The notes beneath the pieces are model-generated. The model made no database searches. It was given only the letters and a program-made list of their open reading frames with translations, and was not told where the DNA came from. DNA of 58,899 nucleotides, the filler included, from Gonapodya sp. JEL0774 (Eukaryota), in NCBI GenBank assembly GCA_027604505.1. It is 3 parts of 3 records of this genome, joined end to end, with 100 filler letters (N's around TTAATTAATTAA, not from the genome) between each part and the next. Parts side by side here need not be neighbours in the genome. Positions count along the whole stretch, not along the records: positions 39,387 to 58,899 come from JADIIX010000253.1; 2 more parts are not named here. One strand, given 5' to 3'. Shown here piece after piece: positions 39,387-52,250 of this stretch. A program made the position numbers and the translations under genes. How positions within the stretch are numbered: position 1 is the first letter of the stretch; each line of letters begins with the position of its first letter.

Positions 39387-40549
39387 CCTTTGAAGTTCTT
39401 TGGAAGAACTGGACCGTTGACTGCTCATATCGGAGCAAAAGGAGAGTCTGGGCATTCCTATCCGAGGAGACCATTGCTGCCGAGGCTCGACAGAGAATTC
39501 GGGTACGCCATGTGGTGCTATCAAGGGATCTTTCACAAGTACTTGGTGATGAAGAACTTGTGGCAGACATTATTCGGGTGCTGGTACAAGTTCGGGACAA
39601 TGTGATTTCTCTGGAGTGGTGGTGCTCGTCAAACGATTCACTCTTCTACGGCGGGCTCTGTGCCTTTTTGCCTGCAGCCTCCAAGTTGAGGCGTCTTGCC
39701 TTCATGGGTTGGGTACCTGGCATTGAGTGGTTGACGCGTCTCCTGCCTCTCTGCACTGGACTGAAGGAACTCACCTTCAAAGTAAGGAGTGCAGAACAAA
39801 GGGTCACCCTACTTTCTGTGCTGCCGCAGTCGTTGGAGCGTTTGGAGTGCGACTGGTCCGGACTCGGCAATATCGACCAAATCACGCGGTATCAGGCCCT
39901 TCGCAGCGTCACCATCGACGGCATTCCAGAAAGTCTGGTTAGTCTGGAGGCCCTTCCCCATCTTTCAGAACTCAAGGTGAACTATTCAGAAGCCAGTTGG
40001 AGCACTGTGACGCTTGTTTTATCCGGCATCGGACATAGTTTGAAGCTTCTAAGAGTGTGTGGACAGTTGGGCCATGCAGGGGACTACCTTCCTGTGCAGG
40101 TGGTTGAGGACATCATATCATGGTGCGGGAACCTGGAAGCTTTGGCGCTATGCTCATTTGACAAGTGCTCTTTGGACGTAGTATGCCGTGTCATCTTGGC
40201 CTTTGGGCATATGAAAACTTTGAGCTTGCCGTACACACGTGTTGTGCCTGACCAAGCCCAGATGGCTGCACTCGAACCACAGGTCCGAGAACGGTTACAG
40301 CATATGGACCTCCTATTCGCATGGAGTGGAAACTCTCCACCCTCTGTTTCGAAAGAATTTGAGGTTGCTTCGACCACCCAGACTTTGTGGGGCGTCAGAC
40401 CGCTTCGAGATGACGAAAGGATCGAATGGTCACCTCGTACGCGGAAGTTCATCCGAGCTTCGTATTTGTCGCATTGGGTTTATAGATGGACATCTCATAT
40501 AAGTTGGGTTAGGTATTACAAACCAGAAAGACATGGCCCCTGCTGTTAA
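39387..40549 (+). CDS. F-box/RNI-like LRR protein, 5' end lost in the gap
   Basis: Frame is open from the gap (FEVLWKNW..). LRRs such as LRRLAF, LKELTF, LERLEC, CGNLEALAL. Paralog of 41042-42370. Confidence 0.8.
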
Positions 40550-41041
40550 TGTATGAGGCACATGCACTTTGACTTGGAGTAGTCCTGTCACCAAACCATG
40601 ACAAGCTCTTGTGAGTTGAATGACCCCTGAACGCCCTTCCCCCCCCCCCCGGCCCCCGCGTCAGATTTGAACACCAATAGTAAAGCAAACCTTCTTTGGC
40701 TGATTGATGCAGACCCGGCCAGTAAGCCACCAAAACCATAGCACATCTATAATAAGACTGTTGGGTGTGTCACCGTTTGGCCCTTTGTGCACTGAGTGTC
40801 TTGCAAGAAAGACTGGCCGATAATCATGTACAGTGCGGATGCATTACTTTGAACCATTGTAGTCACCGTGAACACCACGTATGTGCTTTCCTTGCTCACA
40901 AGCCTGCGGTCACCTTTCGCCCGACACTGATTTTCAACTCGTGTTTCCACCGCGCTGGCATCGAACAGCACACGACCTAATAGTACGTCTTGGCCTTTGT
41001 GTCGCAGAGCACCATATTTCTGCCACAATTCCTTCCCAGCC

Positions 41042-42370
41042 ATGCATCTTGCACTGTCTGAGCCATGGCTCCTTGAAAGGGTTATGATATTCTTGGGCAA
41101 TGGGGATCGGGCGGCCTGTATGAGTGTGAGGTGAGCTCTTTCAATCAGTTACTATCAAGGGGCTCGGTTTTTGGTACCGATTGATTCTGACCGAGTCCGT
41201 CTCTATGCTTGGCCACATTCTTCCTGAAGCAAAGGGTGGAAATCAATCGCCTTTGAAGTTCTTTGGAGGACTTGGACGTTTGATGAGTCCCCTGCAAGTG
41301 TGAAGCGAGTCAATGCGTACAACACACCCCCCTTGGACGGACAAACGAGGCAGAAGGTGCAACCACGTCATGTTGTTGTGCGTTATGCGGTCAGCGGGTT
41401 TAGGGAAGACGATTTCATCATGGTGGATATCCTGCTGGTGCTTCACCATATTGCCGAGTATGTCATCTCTCTGGAATGGGACTCCTCAAACACCAAGTTC
41501 ACGGTTGGAGGGTGCACTGTCTTTCTGAGTCATGCAGCTCATCTGAGACGGCTTGTGTTTGGCAGCTGTAGTGATGCTGCAAACATTTGGTTGTCTCACT
41601 TACTTCGAGCAAGCACCAATCTGGAGGTGCTGAGCTTTCAGGCCGTTTCGCTAGAGGGCCCAAAAGTGACGCTTCCTGCGGGCTTAGGACGGTCTTTAAC
41701 GACACTGGATTGCAACTTTGATGCGGTGGCTGACTTGAGTGCAATCACTGGGTACCAGGCGCTTAGGGAGTTCAATGCCCTTGGTCTGCCTGCATCAAGC
41801 TTCGATATCCTGAAACACCTCCCACACCTCTCAGTACTCAGCCTCAGTTACTCGGAACGTCCTTGGGATGCAGTGACAAGTGTTCTGACCAGTATTGGTG
41901 GACGTCTGGATTATTTGAGAGTTTCTGCAGAATGTGATTACTTTGTGGATATTGAGACGCTCCCTAACCAAGTGGTAGAGGCTATAGTACGGCACTGTGG
42001 CAATCTCAAAGGTCTGGAGCTGAACTGCTTTGGCACCTGCACTTGTGCTGGTGTATATGGTGTCATCTCGGCATTGCCGAAGTTGAAAGCTTTGGGCTTA
42101 GTGGCGAGTTACGTAGTACCCGACAAAGACTGGAAGAGCAGACTGGATTCATATGTCGCTGATAGGGTTAGGGGGCTGTCTCTGTTTTTTGAGTGGGGGT
42201 TAGTGCAAGATGTAGCCATGGCTGAGGACCAACCTGGAACTTTGATAGGTGGCTACACTCGCGGCACCTGGGACGCCAACACACCCCTTGGTGGATGTCT
42301 GCCTCTTCAACGTAACGAGTACCCAAAGTGGTTAGACAAAGCACGGTGGCTGTCCGGGACTTGCTTTTGA
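41042..42370 (+). CDS. F-box/RNI-like LRR protein (2 exons)
   Basis: MHLALSEPWLLERVMIFLGNGDRAACMSV | intron from 41131 | SKGWKSIAFEVLW forms an F-box. LRRs follow (LRRLVF, LEVLSF, CGNLKGLEL, LPKLKAL). Confidence 0.82.
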
Positions 42371-43251
42371 AGTGAACGACGAGGCATGATGCATATTCTG
42401 TACTGTTTATTGTGTTCCATTTGGCTTTGTATAATGCACTTGAATCAAGAAGGTCCTCGATCGTTCATTAAGGGTCCACGAGGGTGTGCACTACAGATGT
42501 ATGTAAACAATGAAAAATGATGACATGGGGCTATCTCTGCATCCCGAAGAGTGAATGTGTTCAGTCAGCATAAACCTTGTTCTCTCAGGTTGAAACCTTT
42601 GTGTCTCCTCTTGTGACCCTTGGTACGACATGTACTCGTTTGATGTGAGCCGCGTCCCAAATCATCATCACCAATGTTTGTATCCGGTACTATGCAAGGG
42701 TTGATAAGCTGTTTAACTTGCATCTGGCACGGAGCGAGGGTGAACCAGAGAGTGGGAGGCACTCGAAAGGGACTTGGAGGATTATATTAAAGAAACCTCA
42801 AACGACGGAGGTCCCTGGCTGCAAGAATGAGCGTTTTCTAAAGGGCGGGCGGTTTTGCTCTAGTTATAAAAATGCGTGACTTGATTTATTTTTTGGCTCA
42901 TCTGAACGCATCTATAATAAGTGTAATACCTTTTTGTCCCGAATAGGTTCCTCAGTCGGCATTCGGCAGGTTGGAGGCAATGCTCAGCCCTTATCGGCCA
43001 TCGTCTCCCACAACTGGTTGTCTTTACTTGTTTTTTTTGAGGCTGAAGTAAGGGTTCTGACGGACAGCATCGTAGGTCATCATAGAAACCCTTTCCAAAC
43101 GAAGCGGCACCCTCTGACGAGGGATTGTTGCCACCCACATACCATCAGTTGGCAGTACTTTCTCCTATCCTCGATCGGTTGGGAGATAGGGCAAAAACCA
43201 CCAACCAGACGTGTCTTGCTCAAAGTCTGCAGCTCCATATTGTGATTTTCA

Positions 43252-46200
43252 ATGTCCTCCTCATTCACCCTGAATGGTGAGCTTGGGTGTTGGTCCTTTG
43301 AGTCATGACCTTTTTATATTGGAAGACCACATATTTGACTGTTTTATGGTCACTCTGCTAGAAGATGAATCTTCAATGCCATTGGAGGGTCCCCCTGACA
43401 GTGCTGTCCTCCCTGATCCCCTTGATGGCACATCAATTTATATCGAGATGGATGCAGGTACAGATGATGATCTGGTGCAGGTCCCTGATGCCAGTCATGA
43501 CGACATTGGTGACGGAGGACTTCAATATGAAGGTGGTGACACAAGCTCTGATGACGAGACAGGTGAAGTTTTCTGCCTACCTGTCCGACCTCATGGAGCC
43601 CCAGAGACTCAACTCCCTTTATACATACATATATATATATATATTCTCCCTGCCTGAAAAATTGATCCACACACACAGAAGTCATCCTGGCCGAGGCCGT
43701 GTCCGAGTTTGTGTGCACAGAACCAGTTTGTGCAACACTGACCGGACTTCGCAAGATCTTTGGAACTGCTCAGAAGCTCAAAGACCACAAGAAACAACGC
43801 CACGGAACCACGACGTTCGAAATTCCAAACCTCGAAAGTGGTGGCGCCTCTACTCTTTTCCGAATATTTCCCGATCAAACGGGAATGTACAACTGCCCTT
43901 ACCGTGAAAGAGGTTGTAAGAAGCAGTTTACATACACAACAACCGTCTGTCGTCATGCGCAAGGCTGTCCACACTCCCAGAAGGCCTCAACCTCTGCAGA
44001 TCCCCTGATGGACTACACGGTAGGAGATGCGGATGATTTGAGCGGGTTCCATGTGCCGGTAACAGCAAAGGACCTGTCTCTGTACGAGGGTTTTGGTTCG
44101 TATAACGCTGGAGTCTTTTGGGTTAGAATGCCCATGGCTGTGCATGGGAGCTGACAGACAACTTCTCATTTTGCCTGTTCCTACTCGTAGGAGATCTGAA
44201 CTTGCTTGACGCTGGGCTTGTCATTGACAAAGAACTGGGAGCGGTACTCTGTCTGCGATGTCGATGCTACCAGACTCTCCATGTGACCGAGTCTGGAGAC
44301 AAGCCTGGTCCTCTGAATACGGAGGTTGCGCAGCACTTGCTCTCCTCGATCAAGCACAAAGGTTACGGTCGGGTGAAAGTAGCTGAAGTGGTGGCTGCTA
44401 TTCATACCTTGACACAGAAGTGCGGTATCCTGCTCCACACTGCTCCGTGGCCTGCAAAGCTTCAACAGGAACAGGGTCTCCAAGCCACTTCCGGACGCAT
44501 TTCTGAGGCCCTGGTCTTGCGCAGCTCACTTCCACGTGAGCGACGTGCAGTGCCCCTTTCTCCTCTCCCACATATCATGATTCACCTAGGTTACGAGTGC
44601 CGACTGTGCTCCATCTTCACTACAATCAGCAAGAAACGCATGGAACAGCATCACTCCGCTAATTCAAATATCTCGTGTATCAACCTTGGCCTGAAAGTGG
44701 AGGGTACTGTGCCGTATCGAAGCAATGTGTGGCTTCAGAACGTGCGTTCGCGTGTGAAGGATAGGGTGTACGTACCTGTGCAGATCCCAGGACGAGTTGT
44801 CCCGGACCTGGACATGGACCTGAAAGAGACTCCAGAGATTCCAGAGTCGGCTGCTCCAGGAATCACCCTTGAGGAACTGGGTGACCATTTCCGATCAGTG
44901 AAAGGTCGACGGGTTCTGGAGGATATTCTGCAGGGGTTCGGCGATCAAGCCACCCGACACACTGGCACGATGTCATTGAGTGACATTGATCCAAAGCAGC
45001 AGGACTACTACGTTCGAGAACTTCACCTTGTACACTTTCTAGAGGCACAAGAGCTGAGCGGTGGGGATAGTAAGGAGGCCAAGACTCTGAGGATGAGTCA
45101 ACTGCATGGATTGGTGCAGCTGGTGAACACCGGGCCTTCTACAATGGAGGCATTTGTAGAGTTTATGACCTCATGCTTGGTAGGAGGGTCGGGTGAAGGT
45201 GACGGGCCGGTTCATCTCAAGTCAGATCAGCAAGAGAGGGTGGAAAGGGCGTGGGCAGACGTGCAGATACTGCACTCAGGCGGTTCCCCTTTCTACAGAC
45301 ACTTTTATCTTCCATCCAACACCGACATGAGGTCGGCGAGCGTCAACAACCCGAGGTTGCTTGACCTGTTCAAAGGGAGGGAAGACTGGCACACGCATCT
45401 GAAGCCGATCGGGATGAACTCCTTGGCAAAGTACTCCAGGCATGGTACCGGCTACTTGACGCTCTTGGTGGTTTTGCACGCTCTACAAGGTGCACCGGTT
45501 CGGTTTTCACAGTCACTGTGGGCCGATCAAGCCGGGGAGTCCACGGTTAAGTTGAGGGATGCTGTCGGAAGATTAAGAGGGTTGCTTCCCAAGGAGCGTC
45601 CTATAAACACTTCAGAATCCTTTGACAAGGAACTGTGGATTGTGTTCCAGACCATACTGTGGGAGACTGCCTCGTCCAAGTTGGTGCAATTGGACAACCT
45701 GTGTGACAATCTGCACCCTTTCGTCTTGTTCACGCTGCTGTCGTTCATGAAATCATCTGATGGTGTGAGCAAATTAGACCCGTCACCCGTGGTTCAATTC
45801 CAAGCGGCGAAGCACGTGTCCTCCAGGTTGGCTCAGAGTTCACATATGCTCCGGCTGGGCGCGTTCAATAGACTGAGAGATGCAGTCAGGATAGCTGTCG
45901 GAGTACGATCAATGGGGTAAGTAGTTTCTTGCTGCTCTTGGTCTGGTCCTCCCTTTTGGTAAACTAATATTTTACGGACTGACCGGGGTACTTGCGTGAT
46001 CCGCGCACCACCCACCCACCCACCGGCACATATCCTATGACGGCTTGTGGTGCGACAGTACCAGTAATGATCTCTCTGAGCAAGACCAGAAAGTGTTGGA
46101 GCGGGGCACTGGGATCATCTTGGGCTGTGTCAGCGAGGTTCAGGGAGATGCCCTTGACACTCCCTACACGATAGTGAGGCATTATTTGCGAGTGGTCAGT

Positions 46201-49200
46201 CAAGATGCCGCCATGTCAGAGAAAGGGTCTTTCCATGTGGTGAAATTCGAAACCCATGAAGGCGATCATGGGGTGCATCTCTACTGTGGCGACAGGAGTG
46301 ATATCCGAATTACACTTTCGGAAGTCCGAGAGTGTGTGAAGCGACTGGTTCATAGGTTGGACCGTACCTTGCGGAATGATATTCTGAAAAGGCACCGGGT
46401 ACCAGACATTCTCGGTCCTGCTTCGTGGGACAAGTACCGTGACAACTTGGGGAGCTCGAGTTCCACTGGGCGATTCATTGACCAGTTCAGTCAAATGTCG
46501 GATGACAGGCTCCACAAGGATTATTTGAAGCACCTCTACACTTTGGGTTACGTCTCTCGTTTTGAAGTCGGATCCGATGGCAAGCTGTCTTCCACGATCG
46601 ACAGAGACAAGATCTCCTCTCTGTTTGACATTGTGGGGGGATGGGATGAGCTTTGCATCGTGCTGGTGTATCTCACAAGTGGACAGTCGTTCCGGGGGAC
46701 CGAGTTTGCCGGGTTGACCATCCACAACCTTCGGTGGCATGAGGAAGCCAAAGCGTTTGCCCTAGAATTTGTGTATTCGAAAACAGGTGCGCGTCGTATC
46801 TGGAGATACATGCATCCCCTAGTGGCCTACTTTCTCCTGGTACGCGTGTTTGTGGTCCGTCCAGTGCTGGCTCAGCTGGAGCTCCTGGTGTTTCAACACT
46901 TTGCCCACGACCCTCTGCCAGGCCGGGAAACATCTGAGGCAGTGACCAAGATGTCTGAGAGTAGGCTCCTGCATATTTTGACTTGCACCGATGGTTCGGT
47001 CATGAAAGACGTGGCCACTGTTGTGGCAAAAGTGATGGTTTCGGTTGGCCCCATTCCCTTCACTGTTCGGCAGTGGAGGCAGATCTTGCAGACCTTGCTC
47101 AACTCGGTTTTTCAAGACACCACGTATGGTCCAATGGCCTCGTTTGTCAGGAATGCACTCAAATGGGCAGGCGCCGAGGGTGGATTAGCACCTGATGTGG
47201 AGGATGACTGGTCGATGGCGCATGCCTCTTCGACAGGACACAGTCTTGCGACGCACAATCTGGATTATGGTCGTTCTGCACGTGGGCTGACCGTGGGCAA
47301 TATCGGGAGCCTGAACCATGACAAGGATAACGGGCATTTTTTAGTGAGCTTGTGAGTGTGGTTGCGTTGGTGGGTGCAACAGGTTTTCCGTGCCTCTCTC
47401 GTCTGTGCATTCTGGGCTGCCAAATCCAATCCAATCGAATATGCCCTGATAGATGCTTGGTGCAGTGGACTCTCTCTCCATCTTGTTTTGATGTGGTGTT
47501 GCATCAACTAACCCCAGCCCCCTCCCCCCCCCCCCCCCTCCTTTAATGTGCCCCTTCACACGCACCGCCCGCTCTGCCCTTCCCATCCGTTCTCAACCGG
47601 CACCTAGTCTGACAATGTATTTGAGCGAGATCAACCTCCTCGCTCAGGCAGCACCATATCAGGCACTCTTCGCGTGGATGGAAAACTGGGCCTGCAAGAT
47701 ATGCAATATATCCAGCAAACCGGGCGGCAGGACAGTTGGGCGAAGCATGACAACATCGACATCGACATTGCCGCCCATGTCCTTTGATACTCTCGGTACA
47801 CATGCCTCAACCGATGTGAGCAATGTGGTTGTTGTGAATGTGCAGAACCATACGACTCTTCAGGCAGGCTCATCTGGACTCTTGTCATGTGAGAGCCATC
47901 TCCCGATGTTGTGTCCCTATGGCTGTTGCAGCTGTGATTCAAACACAATTGTCCTAATAATATATATTTTTTTTTTCTATGTGCTTATCTTTGGTACTTT
48001 TGATTGGCGCTCACGTGCTCTCGTTCTGTTCTCCTGTACTTTTCACTCGTCGACCACACTTTTCCTCCCATTGTTGTGCATAATAATGGTGGTTTACCCT
48101 TCGGAACTTTGCACAGATCCCGGTCAATTCCACCCACTCCTGGTGAAATCAGCAGCAACCTCTGTGCCAGCGCCCACCGCAGCAACTGCGGACTCTGATC
48201 TGGGCAAGTCTACCTTGTCTCATACTTCCACTACTGTTGGTCATTATCTTGTGTCGGGCGCACGAGGAGGCCTAGGCTGGGATGTGTCGCACGAGCTCAC
48301 GCGTTTGGCCACCTACTTCCCCGGTGTATACCTTAACGAGGACTATGGCTGCGCTATAACACCCGAGTTTGTGCGAAGTCAGCTGACACGAGTTTTGACT
48401 CTGAACCACCGATCCGGTATGGGTTGCACATGGAGGGATCCCATTTTGTCGCTGTCTGCGAGGTTGCTGTTAGGTGGCAAGTCTGACATCATGATTGGTT
48501 CAAGAACAGGAAGTGGCAAGACCTTGGTACCCTTGACAGTTGCAGCAGGTCTGGGCTTCCTCGCTCTGCAGACTGGTAGCGCCAAGGCAAAGACTGTGAT
48601 TGTTTTGACCCCATATGTACTGGTTGGGATGCAGGTCGTGGAATGGTGCCGCAATCTCAAGTGGTCGTACATCTCCATCACTGGAGAGGATGATCGCTCC
48701 CCTGCAACTCAGCAGTGGATGGGTATGTGCCACGACCATCTCCAGGGACCACCTCGGGTTGTGGTGATCAACTGGTCCTCGATCCACCGTTCTGACGTGC
48801 TGGACACCATTCGACAGTGCTCGCGATTTATATTCTGCATTGTCGTGGATGAGGCGCAGGAAGTCAAGTACGCTTGGGGCTACAGGGCCGAAGACATTTC
48901 CTCGGTCACCAAGTTCCGGTCCACCACTGGGACAGAGGATGTTCCAATGGTGCTTATGTCCGGAAGTTTCAGGGTCAATGACCTGCCTTACTATGCCAGA
49001 TCATTTGAAATGGGAGACACAGCTGTACAGGGTGGTGTGTCGAACCGCCGTGTCCCACGCCCTCTGGCGGTTTTTTACGACCATAGGACTTGTATCCGAC
49101 ATGATGTGGAGCTTTCCATACACAGAGTGCCTTGTGATCTTACTGGCTGCAACACCAAATTGGAGAGGGAGAGTGAGGTCCAACGCGTGGTCATTGGTGA

Positions 49201-51579
49201 AGCAGTACAACTACTGTTGAACAGGCACCGCAGTGAGAGGAGCCGACCTGATCCAGGGCTCTCCTTGATCTTGGTACCCAAGATATCACTCTGTAAGATT
49301 GTCCGTGAACAACTCGTGTCTGGGGCAGCCGAGACAAAGCGTCCTCTCCGGTTGGACGAGGTGGCCGTAATGCACTCCGACATTCCGGAGCGAGAGACCC
49401 GAGAGTTGCTAATGCGCATAGAGCGAGGAGAGGTTCTGTTCTTGGTTGGTACAACACGTGTTCGGACTGGCTTTAATTTTGCTGGTAAACCGGTCCGGAC
49501 CATCATCAGTGTGGGTGGGTTGGACACATTAGATGGTGTGACGCAACTGGCTGGACGTGGGGGCAGAGATGGCTATGGGTGTCGCCTTGTGTTTGTTGTG
49601 GACAACGGCCTTGAGTCCATGTCCTCTTGGAGCTACCGTGCTGCGACTACGGGAGTCACGGGTACTTCTGCGGACCCGCCGCCTTCATCGTTCGAGTTTG
49701 GTGATGAGGGTCCGCAAATGAACAATTTCCTTGCGGCAGACAGGTCATGTCTCGCACAGAAGCTGCATCGTTACTTGGGTGGCACGGAAGGGCCAACCTG
49801 CATAGATAACGGTGGTATCCCGATCGAGGATGTCCTGGACCGTTCTACCAGCTCGGCAGGATTAGGGCAGCACCCAGCGTTGCCGCAATACACGCCTGTT
49901 TTGTGTGGCAATTGCAAGCTGACTGCAGGACAAGTCGAAATGCTCGACCTTCCACGTGCTCTGGTGGAAGAGGATCAGGTGGCTGCATTACATAGTGCCA
50001 TGCCCGTCAGTTCCTTGACCGAATCTGAAGAGCCCAACTTAGGTGACGAAACGGTGGAGACGATCGAAACGATCGACACCGTGTTCTCTCAGGAGGAGGC
50101 CCATCTCTCTTTGAGCACATCCCGCGGCGATGATCAGCCGTCTCTGTTGGGTGGTGGTGTACGTGCTGACAGGAGTGTGTCAGAGGTCGCTTTCTCGCAG
50201 CACGACCACAACTCTAGCTGTGGTGGCACATCTAGTCAAGACACTTTGAACAATACTTCCAGCGGCTCAGGCATCGAAACACTACCTGTGAAAGTGGGGA
50301 GTCAACCTTTGGGCGGTGCAGGTGATCCAATACCCCTTCATGCTGGTTTATTGTCAACACATGCTTGCCCGTCCTTGGAGGATGTCGATGCTTTACCTTG
50401 GCCATCGTTGTCGTTTGGGGTTCGGCCTCCTCATGGGCGGGCAAGGGCTCGGTCCTTGGATCAGGGTTCAGTCTCTGGAACGGATCATGATGGCATTCAA
50501 CCGCAACCGAAACGGCCTAGGTTTGAAACGGCCTAGGTTTGAAACGGCCGTGCCAACCAAGGATCAAGGTTTTGCCCGAAAGCTCACGAGCGCGTATCCT
50601 GAGAGGAGGCCACAACCAGGTGCAGTATCAGCCGTGCAACGACAGCAGGGGCACTTTGAACGTCCACTCTCTGTTTCTGCACAGTTGTCAAACATGGTTG
50701 TGAGTATGCAGGCACATCTTGTCTTTTGGGGTCTGCGGTTGTGGACTCAACCTCATGATTTTCGTCCCACCCACCTTCCGGTAGTCCAACCACAAATCCA
50801 TGCTTGGAGATGGGCCTTCTGGCATCTTGACAGGTGTTGCTCATCAGTTGTCGGGACACCATTTCCAACCTCCGGCCCAAAACCTGTTGGCTGTTGTAGG
50901 TGCTTGGAAGAACGACTATCAAGCGATCGGGGCCCAAAAGGAACAAAGACTGCAAGGTTTACTTGTCGAGGTCGTGTCTCGGCTTCAAGGTCGTGGTCCT
51001 TACTGCCCGGTGTGCTTACTGTGGTATGGTGAGGAAACTCAGCTTCACATTCATCGAGGGGATACGTGTGATCTCCGAAAAAGAAATTGCCTCTTGTGTT
51101 TGGGTGCTCACAGCGTGGATGCATGCCACGAATTTGGACCCGCTCGGAAAAGAGAGTGGGTGACAGGCAGCTGTTGGACTTGCAGCCTACCGCAAAAGGG
51201 AGCCGGAGAGCAGCCCTTTCATCACATGCCTAAGTTACAGGGGTCGAATAAGATGCCGTGTACTGCGAGCAACATGGGTCAAGCAGCCCCCCAGGTCGTA
51301 AGCACTATGGTGTGGACAGCGTGCAGTTTCAGTGGGCGTCGCGAAGGCTGTGACGCGGTGCGAACTTTTTACCGTAATCTTTTCATTGGGCACCAGCTCC
51401 TGACGACGGACCAGTTCGACAGTATGTTTGTCGACACTGTGGCGCAAAGGGTCATTTTCCGCAAATGGATGGAGCGCCCCTTAGCTCACGGTTCGAAACT
51501 GATGAACATGGTCGTTCTGTTTGCAATCACACTCACGAGTCCATACAATGGAGGTCTGAAACCCTATTGTGTAGGGTGA
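43252..51579 (+). CDS. Large multi-exon C2H2 + DUF3505-like + tyrosine-recombinase-like + RecQ-like SF2 helicase + Zn-knuckle protein (telomere-linked helicase type); frame broken at ~50525
   Basis: Phase-compatible GT..AG introns (approx. 43277-43361, 43563-43678, 44096-44190, 45917-46058, 47344-47647, 47889-48116, 50700-50784) join the ORFs. Motifs: VLCLRC..GYECRLC..H (DUF3505-like); GQSFRGTE, YSKT, RQWRQ, GHS..Y; RTGSGKT, VVDEAQ, QLAGRGGRDG, C...L.RYL..C..CGNC; terminal CPVC/CLLC..H...C/CWTC. Confidence 0.8.
50509..50549 (+). repeat. 16-bp tandem duplication (gaaacggcctaggttt x2 + gaaacggcc)
   Basis: Read directly. Removing one copy restores PKRPRFETAVPTKDQG and links the helicase to the last exon. 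Confidence 0.95.
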
Positions 51580-52250
51580 GGGGTCAATGGTGCTCAATAG
51601 CTAATTTTTTATTTTCTTACATATCCTGAGTGTGTGCGCTTATTACTTTTGTAACACCGTGTTGTTGTCAGTGCTGTCTCCTTCTCCCCCTGTTTCGGAA
51701 CGGGATCACAATCTTTCCACATGATTTCAGGTTCTGTGCTCAGCCTAAAACAATCTCACCTGAATTTAAATTTTCCGTCGGGGCCTGGCGGGCCGATCGC
51801 GCAATCATTGCCGCCATTACTCTCTTTAAGACAACCAGCGCTTGACCACCGTCCTTCTGGCGCTCTCCAAAACAGAACCCACTCTTGGGCTCTATAATTC
51901 TCTCCCGCCCCCCTCTCTTGGAGTATTGGATAGATAAAACTGCTTTGGGTGGGTTTTTGATCAGAAGAAGAGAGGCGACATTCATTTGTTGGTCGATCGG
52001 CACGCTCGACCACGTGTCTGTCCCTTTACTGTTTCCATGTTCCTCTGTTTGTGCATTATCTGCCTTTCTCTGATGGATGTGTTGCAATGCCGTCATCTGG
52101 ATGTCTCTTTCGTCTCGTGGGTTGATCGCTCGCTGATTGCACATTTCATTTTCTGTCCTTCGTACTTCCCTGTCTTGGCCGGACGTTGTTGATGGATTAT
52201 CAAAATATTGCATGCGTGATAAGCAGATCCAGTGAAACCGACGTAGATCA

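Noticed and set aside
42160..42176. tagggttaggggg telomere-like sequence
   Set aside because: Barely two units and inside the F-box coding frame; chance match.
47515..47541. Poly-C tracts (also ~40638-40650 and ~52407-52419) as possible G-quadruplexes
   Set aside because: Simple homopolymers in introns or intergenic DNA; no evidence of function.
43252..51579. Calling the element a Helitron, Starship or Crypton
   Set aside because: No HUH Rep or PIF1 motifs are seen; the helicase is SF2 RecQ-like. The YR-like domain is embedded in a helicase fusion, unlike DUF3435 captains or Crypton recombinases.
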